DNA from: Marsupella aquatica
Taxonomy: Eukaryota; Plantae; Marchantiophyta
Assembly (NCBI GenBank): GCA_973895155.1
Contig: OZ316897.1
Location: forward strand, 14,383,375 to 14,447,374
Direction: 5' to 3'
Length of the DNA: 64,000 nucleotides
Part shown: in pieces, positions 1-10,400 of the stretch
Layout: each line of letters starts with the position of its first letter
Numbering within the stretch: the stretch's first letter is position 1
The notes under the pieces: model-generated
The model's database searches: none
Told to the model about the DNA's origin: nothing
Seen by the model: only the letters and a program-made list of their open reading frames with translations
Program-made: the position numbers and the translations under genes

Positions 1-105
1 ACATCACGTCCACTGCATAGCAGAGCAAAGCAAAGCAGAGCACTGAGCTCTCGATTGCCGCAAAATCTGTCGATCAACGAAACAACAAGAGCAGAATCTG
101 TGGAG

Positions 106-280
106 CATCGAAAAAGGAGGTGAAGTGGGATTTAGTACATTGTCATGATATTTTATTTATTTATCAAGTTGTTATTATTATTGTTTTCGTCCATCGAAAA
201 GGAGGGTGAAGTGGGATTTAGTACATTGTCATGGTATTTTATTTATTTATCCAGTGGTTATTATTATTGTTTTCGTCCAT
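106..280. repeat. Tandem duplication, 2 x ~86 bp
   Basis: CATCGAAAA..GTGAAGTGGGATTTAGTACATTGTCATG...TTGTTTTCGTCCAT starts at 106 and again at 192 with few mismatches. Confidence 0.9.
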
Positions 281-2552
281 GGGTCAAGAAAAATAACTCT
301 GAGTGAATGCAACCCCATCATATCTCTGATTTGACCACCCTTGGGTCAGTTGGCCTGAGGGTGGGTCAGGAGTTTTTGTGGACAAAAAATTAGCCAATCA
401 TTTACTTAAGAAACAGGGAGACTAATGACACTCACGGTTGAAATCTCAATTGTTTTTGTTTCATTTGCCACCACCTAATGCCCTATAGTTATGTTAGCCA
501 GGAAAGACTCAACAATAGTCAGAAAGTACTCTGTAATCAAATATTCCATAACCAGACTTGTGCTTGTCTGTAGGGTCAAATAATAGCCACCTTGGCTAAT
601 GTTCAAAAACAAACAAAAAATGGCTGGTCGAGGGGGCTGCAGTTGGGCTGCAGGTCAAGGCGCAGCTGAGGTCAGGGTACCCATCTTTGGGCCAACTGAC
701 CCAAGGGTGGTCCATGCCAAAACTGAGGGAATCCGTGACGCCACTGGATCTTGACAAGGGGAACACAATAGCCATTAGATGTGGAGGAGATAACCTGAGT
801 TACTTTTCTATATTTACAAACAAAAATAGTGGCAATTTGATCAAAAGCCAAAAAATCATGACAATGTGCTATTATGATTTTTGTATGTGTTGTTGCCTTT
901 TTTTTTTTCTTGCCTTGAAACTGAAAGCCTACCCATCCAACAGAGGATAGCTCCTGTAGCCACAAGGGGACAATACCCAGGGAGGATAGCCCATTTGTAA
1001 GGTAATCACAAGGGGGCATACCTAGGGATTGGACAGGGACCTAAACCAGGAGGGAAAGGGTTAAACCAAGGTCCCAAAGAGGACTAGCCAAGGGCTCACC
1101 TCTACACCACTACACCTCATCCACAGACACACACACATGCACTCAACAGCCCTTGCATGTGAAGAGGGGATTGAGTTTGGGACAGATAAGTAAACCTACT
1201 CATGATTTTAGTAAGTGATGGTGCTTCTTTTGAAAAACCTTTTTACATCTATTTGGCTGCCAGAAGAGTTTTGAAGCAAATCTTTCCTTTCCAACTCCTT
1301 TGGTCCTTTCGTCCCCATTTTTGTCACAAAAGAGCCACCAGCCATGCTGGTTAAGCAAGTTTGTGGATAGTCTCTTTTTTGGTAAACTTTTTGGAAAATT
1401 TGCATGAAAACTGTCAAAACCTTTGCAGATGTGTGCCACAAAAGATGTCAGATTTACAAAGAAAATCGGTCCGTAAACCATGATTGTCTTTGGAGCATCT
1501 AGCTTGCTATTATTTGGCGAAGTCTGTCTCACGATTGCTCTCCGAAGGTGGTATTACCATGTCCTCGCTCGCATTCAGTTGATTATTTAACGATTGTGAA
1601 GTTCTGGTTTAAAGTCGACGTCATAGATTTGAAATGTTCACGTCTTGTCGAAGTGGATTGAAGAGTCGGCGACTACAAGATGCGAGACAAGATGGTGGCG
1701 AATCATGTCCCTTTCATTCCGTCAGACGCTTTTAGATAGTTTTCGAAGCAGAATGGCCACTCCGTCATAGTTACTTATATACATATATATTCCCCTTACA
1801 ATAGATCATAACATGCAGATCTCCTGTCAAGCTCGAGCTCAGGATTTCTACATGGTCTGTAATCACGGAACGTAGGTTACATTTCTGAAAGATAAAATGC
1901 TGTTCGAGTTCCGATCGATTTCGTTTGCAAAAAATATGATGATGGTAAACCATTCGTTTCAATTGAATATAATGATGGTAAAGCTACTCCTCCAGAATCT
2001 ATATCGCTTTCATAATTTTTTTATTCCAATCTTCTTCTGGTTGAAGTACATTCCAACCGACTATTCAAAGAAAGGAAGTAAAGAGATTCAAATACGTCAT
2101 GTAAATGTCATTGGCAGAAGCTCAGGAAATGAAAATCATTTGAAGTGATGATGGCAAGAGTGAGACAAGAGGAGAGGAGAGGCTCGTGCCACAGATCCTA
2201 CATCTAACTTCAGATTTCCATGCTAAATTGCATAGAATTGACAGTCATCCATTTAATTTCAGTATATTAATTAAACCGTGACTTCAGCAACCTGGGATCC
2301 CAATTTTGAAAGAAGATGTGTTGGGACAACCATTGGGGAGTATATAACTTCCTCTGTGGAAAAGGATACCCAGTTTTATTAGGGCAGCTGCACCCTAAAT
2401 AGTACTGTAGAACTCTTTCTGGGGATTAAACAGATCCAGTACAAAAGGCGTAGACACCACAAAGTGTAAAAGTTACCTGGGTGACTCCTTCAACAGTCTC
2501 CCGGGAAAGGTTTCTGCAGTTTGAGAGAATAGAGACAAGGGGACAGTTTTGA

Positions 2553-3580
2553 GATTTCGTGACTAGATTTGTGTCATAACTTTCTCCAGGAGTTTCGGAT
2601 TTGGGAGTTCTGGATTGATTTGAAAAGATCATGGCGAGGCGGTGAAGATCGATATGAATTGCGCCTCAAACGGTCACCGTATGAGCGAGTTACATCAGAT
2701 TTAATTTTCGCCATTTTTTCACTTTTTCTGTGTGTTGGGCGATTTCGCGACTCAATTTGGGTTGTAACTTTCTCCGCGATTTTCGGATTTGGGAGTTCTT
2801 GACGGCTTTGGAAAGATCTTGGCGAGGCGGTGAAGATCGATACGACTTGCGCCCCAAACGGTCACCGTATGAGCGCATTAAGTCGGATTTAAGTTTCGTC
2901 GATTTTTCACTTTTTCTGCGCGTTTGGCGATTTGGGCGATTTCGCGACTCAATTTGGGTAGTAACTTTCTCCGGGAGTTTCGGATTTGGGAGTTCTTGAC
3001 GGCTTTGGAAAGATCTTGGCGAGGCGATGAAGATCGATATGACTTGCGCCTCAAACGGTCACCGTATGAGCGAGTTACATCGGATTTAAGTTTCGTCATT
3101 TTTTCACTTTTTCTGCGCGTTTGGCGATTTGGCGATTTTGCGACTCAATTTGGGTCGTAACTTTCTCCAGGAGATTCGGATCTGGGAGTTCTTGACGGAT
3201 TTGGAAAGATCTTGGCGAGGCGGTGAAGATTGATACGACTTGCGCCCCAAACGGTCACCCTATGAACGAGTTACATCGGATTTAGGTTTTGCCGTTTTTT
3301 CACTTTTTCTGCGCGTTTGACCATTTTGGCGATTTCGCGACTCCATTTGGGTCATAACTTTCTCCAGGAGTTTCGGATCTGGGTGTTCTTGACGGCTTTG
3401 GAAAGATCTTGGCGAGGCGGTGAAGATCGATATGAATTGCGCCCCAAACGGTCACCAATTGAGCGAGTTTCATCAGATTTAGGTTTCGCCGTTTTTTCAC
3501 ATTGGCTGCGCGTTTGGCGATCTTGGCGTTTCCACGACTCGATTTGGGGCAACGTATGAGCGAGTCACATCGGCTTTAGG
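2553..3580 (+). repeat. Tandem array of five ~197-bp monomers plus a truncated sixth, directly upstream of the CRE ORF
   Basis: Units begin GATTT(C/T)G(C/T)GACT at ~2553, 2741, 2938, 3134 and 3331, with a partial unit at ~3528 (spacings 188, 197, 196, 197, 197 bp). Each carries a close variant of GAAAGATCTTGGCGAGGCGGTGAAGATCGAT...CAAACGGTCACCGTATGAGCGAGTTACATCGGATTT. Confidence 0.95.
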
Positions 3581-3873
3581 CCATCGCTTCTCCTCCAATT
3601 GGTTGTTGCCTTCGGGAGCTGTTGCCGCACGCTCAATCTAGAGGGCGGATCTTCACTCGCGTCGACTCCCCAACGGACAGATCGACGGGCGTTTCAGCTT
3701 TGTTCCTTACTGTTCCTGCACCTGCTCAACGGTTTCCTAGGCTAGCGGTGGCGTCGTTTCTCGACCTGATGCGGTGGGCTCTCTCCATCGCCTCCCCTTT
3801 CTTTTCACATGCCTCGGTTGGGCCTTTTGTCGCTTCTTGATGCGTTTTTGCTTTTATCGGGTTGCGGCCTGTC

Positions 3874-6800
3874 ATGTCTACGTTGAGAGTGTTGGCGCGG
3901 GGCAAGCGCCCAGCCCCACCCCACACTTCTCCCCCGTCCTCCCCTCCCCCTCGTGGCCGTCTTCGTGTTTGCTCTTCTTCACTGGATCTCTCTCATCTTC
4001 GTGATGATCCCATGCCCGATGCTCTGCCAGTCCCCCCCGTCTACTGCCCACCCCATCGTCGCCCTGGCTCCTCTCCCCACCCCATTCCCCCTCCACCCAT
4101 TCATCATCCTCCTCCGGCCTCCTCGTCCACATCTGTTCCACCCCCACCTCCTGTCCAGTCTTTCCCTGCTCCCTCCCCGGACGAGCGTCCCCTGCATACT
4201 TGTCCTGACTGTGGATGGGTTGGCATCTCCCTCCCTCATCATCGCGGGCGGGGCCGGTGCCATCGTCGCCAGCAAGCACAATCCCAGCCTCAGCCCCCTA
4301 TTGACCCGGTTAGCTCTGCCCCTCCCTCCTTGGAGGCTCCCGAGCAGGCATGGAGTTGGGTTCGCACTCTAGACCCCCTTCCAGCCTACCATCCAAGGTA
4401 TATTAGACCTCGCCTTTATAACCACATTCCTCTGGCGCTGCGCCCTATAGTTCGGTCCTCCTTGTTGCAACTCATGCAGCTTATCTTGGCGCATCCTATG
4501 GAGGTCTCCTATTGGTCTTTACTGATGTTTTTTCCACAGTGGACTCTTACCCTCCCTAGTCATGGTGGTCGTGTGGGTCACCGTGAGACTGCCTCTCGTA
4601 TCCATCGTTTTTTACGGGGAGATTGGGAGCAGCTTCAGGAAGAGTACTTTCTTCGCGCCCGGTCTTTTACCGCCCGTGCTTTGTCTGACCCAGCTCGCCA
4701 CTCTCATCCCCCTGAGCATAGACGTCTTCGTCGCTCTTGTCGTTTAGCCCAAGCTGGTGAATATCGTCGGGCTGTCCAGGCCCTTTCTCCCACCACACCA
4801 GCCCCCCCTGGCGAGGTCACCTCGTTGGCCCTTCAGGATCTCCATCCGCAGCCCCATGATCAGCTCCCTTTGTTTGTCGAGGATTTTGAGCCTGAGGAGG
4901 ATCTTCAGTTTAGTAGGGACCACTTCACCTATGCCTTCCTCCATGCCCCGCGTTGTTCTGCTGGTGGCCCCTCCGGCTATGTCTTTGAGCATTTTCGTGA
5001 TTTATTCCCCCCTGAGGATCCTCAGTTTGGTTTTCCAGTTTTCTTCTCCTTTTGCCAGTGTATTGCAGCCGGTCGTTTGCCTCCTCCCGTCTCTCGGCTC
5101 TTGAGTGCTTCTCGTTTATTGGCCATGGCTAAGTCTTCGTCGGGTGTTCGGCCAATTGCTATTGGGGAGGTTTTTCTTCGTCTTGTGTCTCGCACACTTT
5201 CCTCACAGTTTCGCTCTGCACTATCGGATCATCTCTCTCCACATCAGTTTGCAGTTGGCGTTCCTGGCGGTTGTGAGACGGTTATTGCGGGTATTCGAGC
5301 TACATTGGACCTCCACCCTGATTGGGTTGTCCTCCAGGTTGATGTCTCTAACGCTTTTAATACGGTTTCTCGGGCAGCCATTTTTCGTGCTTTGAGGGCG
5401 GCGGATCCAGACATCCAGTCCCTGATCCCCTTTGTCCGTTGTTTTTATGGACTCGAGGCCCCACTCTTCTATAGTCATCACTCCTCTACAGGTGTGTATA
5501 CCACTCTTTCCTCTGCAGAAGGTACACGTCAGGGTGACCCTTTGGGTGGGCCTCTTTTTGCCATTGCCCATTTTACAGCTTTACAGGAAGCTGCCATGGC
5601 CCACCCCCAGTGTATCTTCCCCTCCCTTTCAGATGACACCCACATCATTGGTCCTCCTGCCGCGGTTACTTCTGCCCTCGCCACTCTTTCCACCCATTTG
5701 ATGGGCCTCGGTTTACGAGTTCAGCCTGTGAAGAGTCGTGCATGGAGTCCAGCTGGGTTACCCTCTGATCTTGTGCTTCCCCCAGGGTTCTTATGTCCAG
5801 CCGATGGTCTTCGGGTCCTTGGCTCCCCAGTCGGTACCGCCTCTTTTTGCTCATCTTTCATCGCTGACTCTATACAGGCTGCCTTAGCCCATACTCCTAT
5901 GCTCCCTAAGTTAGCAGATTCTCAGGCAGCATTTGGGATGTTGTTGAGGTGCATCCACCCTCGTGCGTCTTATCTGGCTAGGACGCATCCCCCTACCGAG
6001 GATCTTTGTCTCCACCTTCGAGCATTTGATGTCTCCATTCGTCAGACCCTGGCCTCTCTTTTAGGTCCAGGTACGTTGCTCTCATCTCCGTGGCTTCATC
6101 GACAACTCAGTCTTCCTATTTCGCAGGGTGGTTTTGGGCTTACTTCCATTGAGAGCCTTGCACCTTTGGCCTTTTTGGGTGCATGGGCGGCCGCCTTCTC
6201 GTTGTTGGCCGATCGTTTTCTTATTGAGGATCGCCCTTTTTTACTTTCATCTCTCATGGAGGTAGAGGAGGGTTCCCTCCCGTTTCAGGTTCATTTGCGC
6301 GCAGCGCGGTCCTCATTACCAGATCCCGTTCGCGCCGCGTTACCTTCTTTCCAGGAGTTTTTATCCTTGGATCCCGTTCGTCTTCAGGCAGACCTCGCTG
6401 GGCGTATGCACACTTTCACCCTTTCCAGCATCCTCTCCGAGGCACCTGACACGGACCGAGCTCGGATTCTTTCTTCCGGAGGGAAGGGCGCAGGTGGATG
6501 GCTTCAGGCCAATCCAGTCATTCCTCATTTGCGGATGTCTTCAACGGAGTTCTCCACAGCCATGCGTCTTCGTCTGGGGCTGCCCCACCCACTTCTTGCA
6601 GGTTTACCTCCTTCTTGCACTTGTGGGAAGCCTTGTGATGCCACAGGTGTCCATCTTCTTCGGTGCAGTTTGGGAGGTGAAACCATTATTGTTCACGACG
6701 CTGTGCAAGATGCGACTGCTCAGGTTCTCTCTGGCTCTTTGGTATGCGTGCGGCGGGAGGTGGTACTCGAGTTACCTGGTCCTCCATCACAGCGGTTACG

Positions 6801-7269
6801 GGTGGATCTTACCATGGTCCGTGAGGGTCAACGTACTTTGGCAGATGTTGTGGTGGCAAACCCATTGCGCCAAGACATCATTGGGACAGCGGCAACTACG
6901 GCAGGGGCAGCAGCGTCACGTGCGGCAACAACGAAGGAGGCCAAATATGCTGCACGAGCTTCATCCGACAGCTTCCTCCCCCTTGCTGTGGAGCTATTTG
7001 GGCGTCTTCATCCTCAGTTTGATGGGCTTCTTCGGCAAGCTGCCCGGGATGTTCATGGCCGAATGGGTCCCACCGGACCCCCGCTTTCTATTTTGACCAC
7101 GCACTTTCGCCAACGCATTTCAGTCACCTTACAGCGTGCTCAAGCTCGGGCCATCTATCGTCGATCTCTTACAGTGGGTGCTAGTGTGCCTCCGCAGCGG
7201 CTAGCTCCCCTTGAGGATGTTCCAATCCCACTTGCCGATCTAGTTTTGACTCTTGATGTGGACCATTAG
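3874..7269 (+). CDS. CRE-type retrotransposon polyprotein: Pro-rich N-terminus, zinc-finger-like motif, reverse transcriptase, CCHC knuckle, restriction-like endonuclease (~1131 aa from first ATG)
   Basis: Uninterrupted ORF. Motifs: CPDCGWVGISLPHH (ZnF-like); GVRPIAIGEVFLRL, QFAVGVPGGCE, LQVDVSNAFN, GTRQGDPLG, PSLSDDTHI (RT); LPISQGGFGL (thumb); CTCGKPCDATGVHLLRC..VHDAVQD (CCHC); RVDL..LADVVVANP..KEAKY..FLPLAVELFG (RLE). Confidence 0.92.
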   Translation: MSTLRVLARGKRPAPPHTSPPSSPPPRGRLRVCSSSLDLSHLRDDPMPDALPVPPVYCPPHRRPGSSPHPIPPPPIHHPPPASSSTSVPPPPPVQSFPAPSPDERPLHTCPDCGWVGISLPHHRGRGRCHRRQQAQSQPQPPIDPVSSAPPSLEAPEQAWSWVRTLDPLPAYHPRYIRPRLYNHIPLALRPIVRSSLLQLMQLILAHPMEVSYWSLLMFFPQWTLTLPSHGGRVGHRETASRIHRFLRGDWEQLQEEYFLRARSFTARALSDPARHSHPPEHRRLRRSCRLAQAGEYRRAVQALSPTTPAPPGEVTSLALQDLHPQPHDQLPLFVEDFEPEEDLQFSRDHFTYAFLHAPRCSAGGPSGYVFEHFRDLFPPEDPQFGFPVFFSFCQCIAAGRLPPPVSRLLSASRLLAMAKSSSGVRPIAIGEVFLRLVSRTLSSQFRSALSDHLSPHQFAVGVPGGCETVIAGIRATLDLHPDWVVLQVDVSNAFNTVSRAAIFRALRAADPDIQSLIPFVRCFYGLEAPLFYSHHSSTGVYTTLSSAEGTRQGDPLGGPLFAIAHFTALQEAAMAHPQCIFPSLSDDTHIIGPPAAVTSALATLSTHLMGLGLRVQPVKSRAWSPAGLPSDLVLPPGFLCPADGLRVLGSPVGTASFCSSFIADSIQAALAHTPMLPKLADSQAAFGMLLRCIHPRASYLARTHPPTEDLCLHLRAFDVSIRQTLASLLGPGTLLSSPWLHRQLSLPISQGGFGLTSIESLAPLAFLGAWAAAFSLLADRFLIEDRPFLLSSLMEVEEGSLPFQVHLRAARSSLPDPVRAALPSFQEFLSLDPVRLQADLAGRMHTFTLSSILSEAPDTDRARILSSGGKGAGGWLQANPVIPHLRMSSTEFSTAMRLRLGLPHPLLAGLPPSCTCGKPCDATGVHLLRCSLGGETIIVHDAVQDATAQVLSGSLVCVRREVVLELPGPPSQRLRVDLTMVREGQRTLADVVVANPLRQDIIGTAATTAGAAASRAATTKEAKYAARASSDSFLPLAVELFGRLHPQFDGLLRQAARDVHGRMGPTGPPLSILTTHFRQRISVTLQRAQARAIYRRSLTVGASVPPQRLAPLEDVPIPLADLVLTLDVDH

Positions 7270-7321
7270 CTTTTTGCCACAATCGGTAGGAATGATGAGG
7301 ACCTCGGTCCGCTTGGGTTAG

Positions 7322-7428
7322 TTTTAGTCTCTCTCTCTTTCTTGGTTTTTAGGGGTTCCCTATTGTTCATTTCTTACTTTTAGTTCCTCTTTCTTGGTGT
7401 TTAGTGGTTCCCTTTTGCTCACTTCTTT
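7322..7428 (+). repeat. Two ~52-55-bp pyrimidine-rich direct repeats in the retroelement 3' UTR
   Basis: TTTTAGT..CTCTTTCTTGGT.TTTAG.GGTTCCCT.TTG.TCA.TTCTT occurs twice (7322, 7378). Confidence 0.75.
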
Positions 7429-10400
7429 TTCGATTGGTTTTGTTCACTTGGGCCCTCTTTTGTTTGTTCATTTGTACTCTGTTTGGTCCCTTTGTATATA
7501 AAAAGTGTGTATATTTTATTTTTTTCAACAGACGCTACTGGTAAGCGGAAGATCTACTGTACTACACTCATCGCTGAAAATCAATTGCGCGCGTGATGCA
7601 TAGATTGTTGTGGGTTGATGGAGGTGTATTGCGGTGTATTGCGATGGAGGACGATATCCATGGCACTGGAGATCACTTTCATGTACAGTACGACTTAAAA
7701 CTATAAGGCAAATAGGCTTTAGTGACGATGGAGGTATACTCGAAATTTCACACTCAGCTCAATGCGGAAACTCGTTTGGCTCACTTTCCTTACGAAAAAT
7801 GCCAACCATGCGTGTGGCGTGGCATGGGCCGGGCAATGCAGCGTGGGATTGACAAGGGGCGAAAGGGCAGAAAGGCAGGTGGAACGGTCCTCTATAGTCT
7901 GGGAAGCACATGCAGGCAGCGTTTCATGCGGAAAGAAGGAATTATAGTATGTCAACCATGCAATCAGAAATGAAAACCTGATTGCAACTGAAATTCTGTT
8001 GCTAATAAAAGACATGCCGTATGAGTTTTTGCGGCCGGAAAAAGGTTGCCTGTCAAACCAGAGGGAGGCAGCTCGTTTACAGCGTCCTCAAATACGAAGT
8101 TGTCTCGATATGAAAACCAATAGATGTTCAACCTTCGCTGGAAAGCTGGCTAGTAGATTTCCTCACAGATTTGCCTCAAAGATTCACAAAGAGAAAGATC
8201 AAGTATAGATGGGTCGTCAGGATTCACGGGAGGTGCCTAGCTGGTGCCTCACGTCCTGGAATAGAGTGCCTTGTGGACCCTGGAGCAGACGGGTACTGCA
8301 CAGAGGGTCAACTTTGGTTTGACTGCCACTCTGATGTCACCAACGTGAGCGCTGCCTCCCATATACGTAAACAAAGAGAGTTCCATTAATGGAGAGTAGA
8401 TGAACTGTATAAGTCTACAGATTTGTACGATTTGTATTTCCTTGTTGTGGGTACAAGTGCACAACAGGAGTGACAATTCAATTGTATGAATGTATGCGAG
8501 TCGGACGGAAGTACAGTATTGAATTCAGAAGCAGATGTGACTAGCAACAGCAAGAATTCACGGTTCGAATAAGCTCATCAATGTGGTGAAGATCAACGGT
8601 TGCAACAGGAGTAGTCTACTAGTGTGGTACTACAGCTTTTTCAAGAGACATGAGGCGGGACATGAGGTCCGAATACAATCATACTTCTGCGTCGCCTGGA
8701 GCTGTGGATGCACGAATGTACTGTTGAAGATCGACTCCAGTTGCGACAAATTGGACAAGACAAGCATCTCGCATGTCAAAACACCAGAGCAGGAAAATTC
8801 CGTGTATTTATGTGAACAAGACTGAAGATCTGGGGAAAATCTACAGTTATAACAAACTCACTAGCAACAGGACCTCATCAATGTAGGGACCTCAACGATT
8901 GCAGGCATAAACTTGGGAGGTCTTCAAGGTGTACGTTCGTGGTGCTCCATGCCATTTTAGTTCCAGGATAGAAAGTACTTCAATTTTCTTCCCGCAGCAA
9001 CCTATTTCAGGGACAGACAATAACGAATTCATTATACTGAGTGACAGCTAGAAATTTTGTCCCCTTCGAATGCCATCAAAGACGGTAACAGATTCCTTGT
9101 GTATCGCACTAGCGCCAATTATTCAACTTCAGTTTGGACTCTGGCTGCAGTGCTATCGGAATGACTGACTTTGCAATCACGTCACTGCGACATATATTGG
9201 TTGAATGTTTAGATTGGACAGCAAATTAGTACTTACTTGCAAACAAAGATCTTAGAATTTCAACTGCTCCAGAGAGTCCCAAAGTTTCCGGCCGGGAAAA
9301 TAGGTAATTAAAGAGAACTGCGTATCTGATTTGATTTCTGACCTGATGTAATCTAGTACTCCGTAAACCATCGGATTCAATTGTCCTCAGTGTTGAACCT
9401 GGGGTACCTGTCATAGACATGTGTCGAGAACCTCTCCCCTCCCCGCACCCACGCCCACAAATCCTCACAATGCTGAATAAAAGCCACGCGTAAAGAGGAT
9501 CGTGACAACGAGTACGTCAGCTTCATCAATTCCTTGTTGATTTGACCGAATCACGCAAATATCTCGTGCTAGGTTCACAGCTTCACATGCCACGCTAGAT
9601 ATAGCGTTAAGACTTTCATGCAATGCGAATCGGTTAGGCTCTTCTCTGGATTTGAATAGTAATAGATATATCCACGGCTAGTGCTATTTGTACTGGTTTA
9701 GTACGAGCGAGCTTTTTCACGTCACTTACGATAAATTCGATCACAGAATTCAAGCGAAAAGATATGTACCACAGGCCCTCGCGGTCTGCAACACATCCCG
9801 CAACACATTTAACATTGCACACCAAAATGCCGCTCAAAAATGGATAGGCAGAAGATTCACAATTACGATCCGTGGAGCGAAGCTGCAGCTCGTTGAACAA
9901 AAACCAAATTATGAACTACTCAGATCGAGAGCTTGCTTTAATTTTCCTGTTTTGTAGCTAGCTCCTGCTGACTGTTAACCTCACATTATGCCTGCATCAT
10001 GGTGTGATAGAAAAAGGTGGGTGCATTGCAAATTTCAAGACATAACTACCATCTGTTTCGATCTCACGCACAAGGTGAAGCCCGTCACTACCATAGACCC
10101 ATAGTGTATCATCTCCCAATCAAGCACAGTACGTAGGCAAACACTGGTCTGTTATCAGAGCTATAACTGTACATCCTTTCGACGGTTTCAAACGCCGACC
10201 GCTGCATAAATATGCAGCACAGTCGCTCCAGCCTCCAGGCGTAAGATCCTGTCGTGGGCATGAAGAGCCTAAATGTGGCAAAGGTCAACTGAGTCCGTTC
10301 TTTCGAGAATGGAGTGCCGTCATTGGCTTTATTTTAGTGAGTGATGAGTTGTTGATCCTGACTGCGCATGGTACTCACGTTCTCCGTTGCCAATGCCTGT

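Larger units (their letters stand above)
2553..7504 (+). mobile_element. Non-LTR retrotransposon, RLE-encoding CRE-like clade, apparently intact
   Basis: Monomer array, ~300-bp spacer, one long RT+RLE ORF, and a T-rich 3' UTR ending TGTATATAAAAA (~7504). The 5' boundary is approximate and no TSD was identified. Confidence 0.8.

Noticed and set aside
1200-1532. Minus-strand ORF with faint resemblance to a transposase N-terminal zinc-finger region
   Set aside because: Too degenerate, with no catalytic motifs or termini found.
3455-3485. CTGATGA hammerhead-like core on the minus strand of monomer 5
   Set aside because: Present in only one of five units and without the required stems.
2426-3559. 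Repeated 60-90-aa ORFs on both strands (ERSWRGGEDRY... and its antisense)
   Set aside because: They are translations of the tandem monomer, mostly with non-ATG starts, and the frame shifts between units because 197 is not a multiple of 3.
2553-3580. Array next to an RT read as a CRISPR-like repeat-spacer array
   Set aside because: Units are similar along their entire length with no unique spacers, there are no cas-like genes, and the RT is a eukaryotic non-LTR type.
6494-7096. 200-aa alternate-frame ORF, and others, overlapping the CRE ORF
   Set aside because: No recognisable motif; expected shadow ORFs of a GC-rich coding region.
7510-7546. Possible 9-nt microexon (TTTTCAACAG|ACGCTACTG|GTAAGC) just 3' of the retroelement
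   Set aside because: No host gene model could be built around it; may be chance.
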